Sequence record: NZ_CP023779.1
Origin: a plasmid
Strand: one strand, 5' to 3'
Length of the DNA stretch: 64,000 bases
Shown here: one piece after another, positions 19,072 through 26,450 of the stretch
Numbering within the stretch: the stretch's first letter is position 1
Layout: the number at the start of each line of letters is the position of its first letter
Made by a program: the position numbers and the translations under genes
Notes under the pieces: generated by a model
Told to the model about the DNA's origin: nothing
The model's database searches: none
Seen by the model: only the letters and a program-made list of their open reading frames with translations

Positions 19072-19477
19072 AGTAGAGTCCGGCGGCTTCGCGCCGGTCG
19101 GCGCAGGTGCCGCAATAGCCGTCGTATCCCTCGCCGTCGTCCAGGAGTTCGGCGCAATCCGCGGTGGCGCAGTATTCGGGCCACTGCGCGGCTTCGAGGG
19201 CGTTTACTGCGCCGTCGCCGGGCTGGTAGGTCGTCTCGATCGGGTTGCCGTGCTCGTCGGCCGCCTCGGGCAACGCCCATACCTTGCGGAAGCTCGCCGA
19301 TGTCAGTTTCACCGGCACCGGCAGGTCACAGACGTTGGTCAGCTCGACCGATCCGCCGGGCGTCGGATACATCTCCTGCCCGTCGTCGGTGTGCAGGAAC
19401 TTGCGCACGTGGGCCTCGCTGTCGGCCCGGATTACGAGGGTGACGACGGCGTACACGTCAACGGTGTAGGTGTTCAT
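19067..19477 (-). CDS. Hypothetical protein
   Basis: ATG at 19477 with GAAAGGTG RBS. Confidence 0.5.
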   Translation of the reverse strand: MNTYTVDVYAVVTLVIRADSEAHVRKFLHTDDGQEMYPTPGGSVELTNVCDLPVPVKLTSASFRKVWALPEAADEHGNPIETTYQPGDGAVNALEAAQWPEYCATADCAELLDDGEGYDGYCGTCADRREAAGLYS

Positions 19478-19626
19478 TGGGCGCACCTTTCGGGCTGCTG
19501 AATAGGCGCACAGAGCCCCGAACCGGACTCGCCGGCCCCGGGGGGTGTGCGGGGGAGTGGTGGGCCCCGATTCGGGGCCGGGTGGCGGGCCGCGCCGGGT
19601 GGCTCGGCCCGCCGATTCGGGCGAAC

Positions 19627-20217
19627 CTATGCGGTGTTCGTCCCGCGCTGAATCGCCCATGCCTGCGGCAGGTGTCCGGCGCGGGCGAGCGTGTCGAGCC
19701 GCTCGGCCACTCCGGCGGCCTGCGCGTACAGCTCCGCGCGGTCGTCGACATACAGGCCGGTAGCGGCCGCGTCCTTCTCGTTGTCCGGGTCCGCGTAGTA
19801 CTCCGCGGCGCGCTGCTCGGCCTTGCGCAGATAGCTACGGAACTCGGCGAGCAGCGCGTCCGGCTCGGCGGCCGCCGCTAGCTGGTCCTCGGCCTTGATC
19901 AGGGTGTAGCCGAACCAGTCGGCCAACATGTCGAGCACATCGCGCCCGGTCGGCAACGGCGTGGTCTCGGCCTGCTCACGCTCGGCCGTAGCCGCCTGGG
20001 TCTTGCACGTCTCGCAGTGGTTCGGGCATCCGCCGAACGTGCAGTCGAGCCCCTCGAGCCCGTCGAGCGGGTATCCGTCGACGCTGGTCGAATCCAGATG
20101 CCAGCGGCCCTCGTCGAAGTAGAAATAGATCTTGCCGTGGTCTTCGTAGCGATGCCCTTCGGCGTCCTGTTCGGCGGCTGCGGCGGCGTCGGCCTGGGTG
20201 TTTTCGGTGGTTGTCAT
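19627..20217 (-). CDS. Hypothetical acidic protein with CxxC...C motif
   Basis: ATG at 20217 with GGTGAGAGG RBS. Confidence 0.5.
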   Translation of the reverse strand: MTTTENTQADAAAAAEQDAEGHRYEDHGKIYFYFDEGRWHLDSTSVDGYPLDGLEGLDCTFGGCPNHCETCKTQAATAEREQAETTPLPTGRDVLDMLADWFGYTLIKAEDQLAAAAEPDALLAEFRSYLRKAEQRAAEYYADPDNEKDAAATGLYVDDRAELYAQAAGVAERLDTLARAGHLPQAWAIQRGTNTA

Positions 20218-20220
20218 GTC

Positions 20221-20281
20221 GGTGCCTCTCACCTAGAGTTCTGGGGGAGAGGCACCGGGTAGCTAGCGACTACCCGGTGCC
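20221..20281. repeat. Two adjacent hairpins, the second with a GTAGCTAGCGACTA core (copy 2)
   Basis: GGTGCCTCTC...GAGAGGCACC and GGCACCGGGTAG-CTAGCGA-CTACCCGGTGCC; same core as 17462-17504; intergenic inside an operon. Confidence 0.4.
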
Positions 20282-20347
20282 TATCTCGTTGACGGGCTTA
20301 CGAATTCCGGTCGGTGGGTGGTGCGCGCGCCGTGGGCTGCTGCGCCG

Positions 20348-20616
20348 TCACGCGAGGATGGTTGCGGCTGGGCGGCCGTGCTGGTCGACGCCGAGGATCA
20401 TCACCATGTCGGCGGCACTGATTACGCCGTTCTCGAATCGGTTGATGTGGAACGGAATTCGCGACGAACCGATCGGTGCGTACGCCACGGCCTCGCGGGC
20501 GGCGGTGAGCACCTGGGCCACCTCGACGGCCGGGATGGCGTTCTCGACGCTGACCGGGCAGTGGTAGCCCATCGCGGCGGCGGTGTCGGTGACGTCGATC
20601 AGAGCGAAGCTCATCG
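20348..20616 (-). CDS. Hypothetical small protein
   Basis: ATG at 20616 with AAGGGA RBS, downstream of the conserved leader. Confidence 0.5.
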
Positions 20617-20662
20617 AGTTTCCCTTTCGGTGTGGTTCCGGCGGTCTCTCCGTCGGTAACTT

Positions 20663-20691
20663 CATAGTACTATGATACCGTAGTACTATGC
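20663..20691. promoter_or_regulatory. Operator pair (f): CATAGTACTATG then 4 nt then CGTAGTACTATGC
   Basis: Followed by a ~46-nt leader about 95% identical to the leader after site (e). Confidence 0.6.
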
Positions 20692-21074
20692 AAACTCGGT
20701 GATGTGATCTGATACACATCTACCCAGGTCAGCGGCGGTTTCCTTCCTCCTCCAGGCTGCTATGGTGACCGGCTCGCAAACGGTCGATCCGCACCCGACC
20801 GCCGGCGGGGAAGCGGTCGCGTCGGGACACTTCTCGCGAGGCGGGGAATCCCGGTGCCTCCCGGGACAGAGGGCCGAAAACACAAGCGCGACCGTGGTTT
20901 ACGTGGCAAGCCTTCCCGCTGAGGGAAGGCGCGGCAGCCGGGGAACGGGCGCGGGCGGATACCCGGCCCGCGGGTCCTATCGGCCAACCCGCGACCCGTG
21001 CGCGCGGCCGAGTGCACATCGCTGGATGCTCATATCGCAATAGCGGCGCGGCTGAGGCTGCTGCGGGACATAGC

Positions 21075-21091
21075 ATCCATATGGATACTTT
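21075..21091. repeat. 17-bp direct repeat ATCCATATGGATACTTT (copy 1)
   Basis: Identical 17-mer recurs at 21986-22002; contains the palindrome TCCATATGGA. Confidence 0.4.
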
Positions 21092-21139
21092 TCTGTACAG
21101 GCTAGGTCTTCGCTGGTGGTTCGGGGGATTGGGGCGAGA

Positions 21140-21991
21140 CTATTGCCTGCCCATGTCTCTGCGGGCGCGATGATGCTGGAGGTGGTGCGCCGCCGAGTGG
21201 TCGACGGCGGCGGCCACGACGGCCTCGGCGGACCGGGCGGCCCATCGGTCGACGGCCATGCGGGCGAGGGTGCCCATGGGCAGGCGGCGGGGCACGGCCG
21301 CGGTGAGCTGTTGGGCGGCGAGTTGGCCGAGAGCGAAGAGGGCGCGCTCCTCGGCCTGGTAGCGGCCGGGGAATCGGCGGGCGGCCTCGGCGCGCACCTC
21401 GTCGACGATGGCACGGTGCGCTTCGTGGGCCTCGGTGAGCAGGGCCTCGGCGTGCTCGGCGTGCGGCTCCGGAAGATAGAACGAAACGTGTTGTGCACCG
21501 GGGAATTTGGTGCTTCGGCCGTCGCGCTGTTCGGATCGGATCCATGCGGCGTAGCGGGCCACCTCGAGGGCCTGGGGCGGCGCGGTGTCGAGCAGGTCGA
21601 CCACGGCGGCCGCGACGCAATCGGAGCTGGAGGCGGGCGGGCGACCGTCGCGGGTGAAGTAGGTGCGACGGCGGGGGCGGTGCAGCTCGCGGCGCCAGGC
21701 GTTGACCGTCCGGGCCTGCGTGGCGGTCAGCTTTCCCGTGGAGTAGTGCCGGGCCGAGCGGGTGTCGGCGGTGGCCGGATCGTCGCTGTCGCTGGGCCCT
21801 TCGCTGTTCGGGCTGTCGCCGGACTCCGGAGCGTCGGCAGGCCGCCAGCGCATCGCGTCCGGGCTCACCTGGTGGTCCTCGAGTGCGGTGTCGATGAGCT
21901 CGAGGATCCGATCGGTTTCGTCGGGCGTGTGCTGGTCGGGGCCGCCGTCATCGGGGCCCGCGGCGTCGGGCTCTCCGGAGACAGAATCCAT
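21140..21991 (-). CDS. Hypothetical protein (acidic N-terminus, basic middle)
   Basis: High GC3; its ATG lies inside repeat copy 2 (ATCCATATGGAT). Confidence 0.5.
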   Translation of the reverse strand: MDSVSGEPDAAGPDDGGPDQHTPDETDRILELIDTALEDHQVSPDAMRWRPADAPESGDSPNSEGPSDSDDPATADTRSARHYSTGKLTATQARTVNAWRRELHRPRRRTYFTRDGRPPASSSDCVAAAVVDLLDTAPPQALEVARYAAWIRSEQRDGRSTKFPGAQHVSFYLPEPHAEHAEALLTEAHEAHRAIVDEVRAEAARRFPGRYQAEERALFALGQLAAQQLTAAVPRRLPMGTLARMAVDRWAARSAEAVVAAAVDHSAAHHLQHHRARRDMGRQ

Positions 21992-22002
21992 ATGGATACT
22001 TT
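21986..22002. repeat. 17-bp direct repeat ATCCATATGGATACTTT (copy 2), overlapping the start codon of the 21140..21991 gene
   Basis: Exact match to 21075-21091. Confidence 0.4.
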
Positions 22003-22050
22003 ACAGTGCCGGTGACCAGGGCCCGCGTGGGTGTGCAGGTCAGATGGGGG

Positions 22051-22365
22051 TTAGCGGCCGAGGATGCGATGGGCTCGTGCTTCGGCGGCGACCGCTGCGG
22101 CGTCGGGGCCGAGGACGTTGCTCGGCACGGTGCCGGGGCGCGCGGGGCGGGAGTCGTCGACGAACAGCACGCCGGTGAGGCCGTGGGCGGCGGCGCAGCG
22201 CTGGGCGGTGCGTATGTCGTCGTCGGTTCGGTCGGTGAGATTCATGGTTATCTGGGCGTCGCCGAGGGCGTGCCCGGCGGCGCCCAGCTGGTCGGCCAAG
22301 GTGGTGAGGCTCTGCTCGATGTGGTCGGCGAATGGCCGGGCGGGGTCGATCGGCAGGAATCCCAT
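22051..22365 (-). CDS. Hypothetical protein
   Basis: Very high GC3 (C-ending codons); no clear RBS. Confidence 0.35.
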   Translation of the reverse strand: MGFLPIDPARPFADHIEQSLTTLADQLGAAGHALGDAQITMNLTDRTDDDIRTAQRCAAAHGLTGVLFVDDSRPARPGTVPSNVLGPDAAAVAAEARAHRILGR

Positions 22366-22395
22366 GCGCAGCAGGCTAGACCATTGCGGTGCTGG

Positions 22396-23532
22396 TCACT
22401 GGTGGTCGGGGCACGTCAGGCCCGCGGCCGTGTCGCGCCACCCGTGGCGGGTCAGCCACAGGTGCACCAGTTCGGGGAGCTGACCGCCCGATGTGAGCGT
22501 GGCTGCCGCGAGCTCGCCGCCGAGGATGGGCCCGTTCGCGCACAGCGGGTGTTCGCATTCGACCGGGAATCGCTGCGCGGGTTGGCATCTCGCGCAATGG
22601 TGGGTCACGACCAGGCCGCCGGGGTTGTCGGGGGCGGTGTCGGGCTCGAGCCAGCTCCACGCGAGATCGTCGAGCATGAGGCGGGGGTCGTAGTCGCGGC
22701 CGGGGCGGGCCTGACAGCGCGGGCACGGCTCGAGGCGCTTGAACCGCTTGCGGCGGAAGGATTCTCGCCGGACGGGTGGCCGCGCGGGCGCGGTCCGCTC
22801 GGCGGTGGGGGCCTCGGCGGGCGGTGCGTCGATCACGGCGACGGCGGCCGGGGGCATCACCTCCGCCTCGGCGGTAGGCGACAGTGCGGGTCTGACGGGC
22901 TCCGGGTTGCCGGTGGCGGCCGGGCCCGCCGCGCCGTGGCGGGCGCGGGGCCGTTTTCCGACAGTGGATCGGTCCAGGTAGCCGTAGACGGTGGCGCGGC
23001 CGACGCGCAGGATCTTGGCGATTTCGGCGACGGTGTGGCCGCCCTGGTCGTAGAGCTGCTGGGCGTGTGCCTTCTGCTCCGCGGCGAGTTTGGAGGGGCG
23101 GCCGCCGGTGCGGCCCTCGGCCCGGGCGGCGTCGAGCCCGGCCCGGGTGCCGCTGGCGATTCGGCCGCGCTGGAAAACGTCGAGCTTGGCGAACATGTCG
23201 AGCTGGGCGCGGCCCTCGGCGGTATCGGTGTCGATTCCGTCGTCGAGCACGCGCAGACCCATTCCGGCCTCGCGCAGCGCGGCACCGAGGGCGACCAGGG
23301 GGCGCAGCCCGGCGGCGAGCCGATGCAGCCCGGTGACGGTGAGGGTGTCGCCGGGGCCGGCTGCCGCGCGGATCCGCTCGAGGGCGGGCCGGGGTGCGCG
23401 TTCGGCGGCCCGTGCGCCGGTCGGCACGGTGTCGACGTGGATGTCCGCGGTGGCCACACCGGCGGCCCGGAGTGCCGCGATCTGGTCGTCCGGGGCCTCG
23501 TCGGCCGTCACGGAGACATACCCGATCAACAT
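22396..23532 (-). CDS. Serine recombinase (resolvase/invertase family) with a ~190-aa Cys-rich C-terminal extension
   Basis: MLIGYVSVTADEAPDDQ catalytic-Ser N-terminus; DTLTVTGLHRLA; HTH TVAEIAKILRVGRATVYGYL; C-terminal CPRCQ...HHCARCQ...CEHPLC. Confidence 0.8.
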   Translation of the reverse strand: MLIGYVSVTADEAPDDQIAALRAAGVATADIHVDTVPTGARAAERAPRPALERIRAAAGPGDTLTVTGLHRLAAGLRPLVALGAALREAGMGLRVLDDGIDTDTAEGRAQLDMFAKLDVFQRGRIASGTRAGLDAARAEGRTGGRPSKLAAEQKAHAQQLYDQGGHTVAEIAKILRVGRATVYGYLDRSTVGKRPRARHGAAGPAATGNPEPVRPALSPTAEAEVMPPAAVAVIDAPPAEAPTAERTAPARPPVRRESFRRKRFKRLEPCPRCQARPGRDYDPRLMLDDLAWSWLEPDTAPDNPGGLVVTHHCARCQPAQRFPVECEHPLCANGPILGGELAAATLTSGGQLPELVHLWLTRHGWRDTAAGLTCPDHQ

Positions 23533-23740
23533 GTGTCGATAATACCAGCTAGACCCTTTTCGAGACACTCAATGTCGATCAAATTAGCAGACTGATAGGT
23601 CTGGTTCTAGCCTCCGATAAACGACCGTTATCGGCGGTGAGCACACCCTAAGTACGAAAAGTGTCAAACCTGGCCGTTGAGTGTCCGAAACCCGATCGTT
23701 TTCCGACACTGGCCGTTGATCCGGCACACAGGAGACGGTG
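23533..23740. promoter_or_regulatory. Lower-GC res-like region upstream of the serine recombinase
   Basis: Repeated GACACT/AGTGTC and TGGCCGTTGA motifs and a GTGTCCGAAA...TTTTCCGACAC inverted pair, as in multi-subsite res sites. Confidence 0.35.
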
Positions 23741-23758
23741 TGCGCCCGCGGCGGGGGC

Positions 23759-23989
23759 TCAGATGATCGGGTTGGCCCATGTTTCGGCGGCGGTGAGCAG
23801 GAAGGGGCCGATGTCGTCGCCGGTGGCTGTCTGCTGCTCACCGCTGGGGGCGATGAGCGAGGCCACCCATCCGGCGGGTTCGGTGTAGTGGAGCAGCAGG
23901 TCTACGCCCGGGGTGAGTTCGAGGCGGTCGGCGGCATCGCGCTCGGCGGTCGTGAGACCCAGCATCGTGTCCGGGGTGATGTCGGTCAT
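23759..23989 (-). CDS. Hypothetical small protein
   Basis: ATG at 23989; 76 aa; the rest of the ORF-track entry was rejected. Confidence 0.35.
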   Translation of the reverse strand: MTDITPDTMLGLTTAERDAADRLELTPGVDLLLHYTEPAGWVASLIAPSGEQQTATGDDIGPFLLTAAETWANPII

Positions 23990-24119
23990 CGAGTCGCTTC
24001 CGTTTGTCGTCGCTCTCGGCGGGCGCGTGGCCGGGCAGATCGGCCACCAGTCCACGGTAGACAGCCTCGGTAGCCGTGAGAAGCGGAATCGGGGGTGTCG
24101 GTGACGAGCGGTTGACACC

Positions 24120-24338
24120 CTACGCACGATGTCGTCCTCGATATCGGTCGCGGTCGGCATCCAGGGAAGCGCCCGCCCACAGCGGCAGTTCGTCGGGGTC
24201 GGCGAGCGGGTGACGACGCAGGCGCTCGATGAACTCCTCCACGGTGTAGCCCGCAGCGGTGATCTGGGCCAGTAGCCGCACGGCGGGTTCGGCGAACGCC
24301 ACCGGCCCATCATCCTCCGTCGCCGGGATGCCGATCAT
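24120..24338 (-). CDS. Hypothetical small protein
   Basis: High GC3; RBS GGGGTGGG; 20 nt after the upstream stop. Confidence 0.4.
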   Translation of the reverse strand: MIGIPATEDDGPVAFAEPAVRLLAQITAAGYTVEEFIERLRRHPLADPDELPLWAGASLDADRDRYRGRHRA

Positions 24339-24358
24339 CACCCACCCCGGATGCAGTT

Positions 24359-24865
24359 TCAGTCACACAGCCGGGCGAGTTCGTCGTTGACCGCCGCCAT
24401 GTCGAAGGCGGCCGGGTCGAAGCGGCCGGTACCGAGTTGGTCGCGGACTTCGTGGTAGCGCCAACCTTTTCGGGCACGGAGCGCTTTGAGCATGTCGTAG
24501 TAGCCGTGCGGGCCGCCGCTGTCCTCCGGTGGGCAGGCCCGCCGCCCCGCTGTGCACGTCGGGTACGAAGATCGGCGCGGGGCGGTGAAAATCTTCTCGA
24601 CCTCGACGATGTGTTCCCAGTTGTCGCCGAAATCGTAGGTGTAACAGAGCATCTGACCAACCGAGAGCGTCGACACCGGCTGTTGCTCGGCCAGCGCACC
24701 GCCGTAGCGCCCCTCGAAGCGATACAGGTGGTAGTTCTCCCAACCCATCGCAATCTGAATCACCGCGTGCAGACGTGCAAGGGTGTCCGTCGACCGCACT
24801 TGCACCCTCCGCCACACGGTCGGTTCCACACCCACCAAGCTGATCTTCAACTGATGTACCGTCAC
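24359..24865 (-). CDS. pRiA4b ORF-3-like (PF07929-type) protein
   Basis: VHQLKISLVGVEPTVWRRVQV...TLARLHAVIQIAMGWENYHLYRF matches the family's conserved N-terminal pattern. Confidence 0.6.
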   Translation of the reverse strand: MTVHQLKISLVGVEPTVWRRVQVRSTDTLARLHAVIQIAMGWENYHLYRFEGRYGGALAEQQPVSTLSVGQMLCYTYDFGDNWEHIVEVEKIFTAPRRSSYPTCTAGRRACPPEDSGGPHGYYDMLKALRARKGWRYHEVRDQLGTGRFDPAAFDMAAVNDELARLCD

Positions 24866-25003
24866 GGCCTTGGACCGTAGACGGCCTCGACGGCGGCGTG
24901 TGGGTGAATTCGCCTGGGGGCGTCCGGAATTCGCCCCTCATCTAAGAGAGCAAAACCGGACACTTGTGCAGGTGAGGCGGCTGCGGAGCCTGGCCACCCG
25001 GAG

Positions 25004-25501
25004 CTAGGCACGGCCGTCGAGCGCTGGCGGGGCGGTGAGCTCGACTGCGGCGCGTACCCAGCTGGCGCGGCCTTCGGCGATCATGTCCAGGAAGGCGGCC
25101 GGTGCCGATGCCGCCGCACCGGTGATGACGACGATGCCGCGGCCGTGCTGCTGGTTCTCGGCTACTTGGCCGATCCATGCGGCGTTGACCGGCGGCAGGC
25201 TGCCGTCGTAGACCTCGCCCATGACACCCGGGCCGGTAATGCGTACTCCGGCCGTCGTGTCGATCGACACCACCCAGTCCGGCACCGGCCCGCCGACGAA
25301 CGGCAGATTGGTCAACGGCCGGGCGCCGTGGGCGCGAATGGCGGCCTCGAACGCATCCGCGGCGACGAGCGCTCCGTCTTCGTTGATCTGGGTCACGGTG
25401 AAGCGCGGGAGCAGGATCAGCACGGGCTCGTCGGCAATTGTCGCGGCGAACAGGTCGGCCTCGTCGATGTCCGGCGGTGGGTGGCCGCCCGGGCCGATCA
25501 T
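25004..25501 (-). CDS. Hypothetical protein
   Basis: ATG at 25501; the start is uncertain (the ORF extends to 25627). Confidence 0.35.
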   Translation of the reverse strand: MIGPGGHPPPDIDEADLFAATIADEPVLILLPRFTVTQINEDGALVAADAFEAAIRAHGARPLTNLPFVGGPVPDWVVSIDTTAGVRITGPGVMGEVYDGSLPPVNAAWIGQVAENQQHGRGIVVITGAAASAPAAFLDMIAEGRASWVRAAVELTAPPALDGRA

Positions 25502-26019
25502 GTACTCAGGAGTCGACACCTGTCCAAAGTAGTTCGCGGACCGGTGGATTGGGGCTCGAGATTGTCGCCGATCGACGCTACTGTGGTGGGTGACCTGCAC
25601 GGATGGGGGCCCGATGGGGAGGGACATCGTGGAATTCGCGGATTGGGTTCGGCTTGCGGGCCGACGGCTGCCGCTGGCTGAGGTGCGTGCCGATCCGGAT
25701 CGGCATGTGCGGCTGCTGGCGGCCGCCCGGTCGGGTAAGAACGCCGAATGCCTGTGCGCCGCAACGCCGTTGCGGCTGGTGACGCGGTGTACGCAGAACG
25801 GCCGTCATCATCTGGCGTGCTGGCCGGGTGTTCTATCGCCAGTTAGATCTGTTGCGGCTTAACCTGATTGGGCTCAACTTCTCGCAGGTCAAGATCATGC
25901 CGTGTTGGTGGTGGGTTTGCAACAGTATCCGAGTGTGTCTGGAGACTGTTGCAGGTATGGGAAGCGGATCGGCCGGAGCCGATTTCGCGGCGCGGTGACG
26001 ATCGGACCGGCTTCTCGGC

Positions 26020-26450
26020 TCAGCAGGGACCGATGGTTTTGGCTCCAGCGCGGCGGCGTCGTCTGGTGTCAATGTCGGCGACGCGGGCCTTGCCGGTGGC
26101 CGCGTCCTTCTCCAAGGTTAGTAGGTTGATCACCGAGGCGTAGAGCTTCACCTGCTCTTCCAGCTCGGCGCAGTGCACCAGCAGTTCGGCGTGTTTTTCC
26201 TTCAGCTTGTCGTAGTCGCTGGGCTCGGCCGCGGCTGCGTCGGCCTGGGCGGCTTTGGCGCGGGCTTGGAACTGTTCTTTGAGGTCGGTGTGCTGGTGGG
26301 TGAGTCTCCAGCGTTCGAGACCTGCTTCGACCGCGAGTTGGGAAACGCTGAGCCGGCCGGTGGAACGCAGCGGCGTGCCGTCGAGCAGCCGGTCCATCGC
26401 GGCCAAGAGTTTCTTGCGGATGGGGTCGGTCTCGGTCGTGGTGGTCACCG
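26020..26450 (-). CDS. Small protein translationally coupled to the recombinase trio (possible HTH); TnpC-like position
   Basis: GTG overlaps the stop of the third recombinase (GTGA); RLSVSQLAVEAGLERWRL helix-turn-helix-like segment. Confidence 0.45.

Noticed and set aside
21116-23595. Long plus-strand ORFs 21116..22015 and 22006..23595
   Set aside because: Antisense to the 21140..21991 gene and to the serine recombinase, with Gly/Ala/Val-rich shadow composition.
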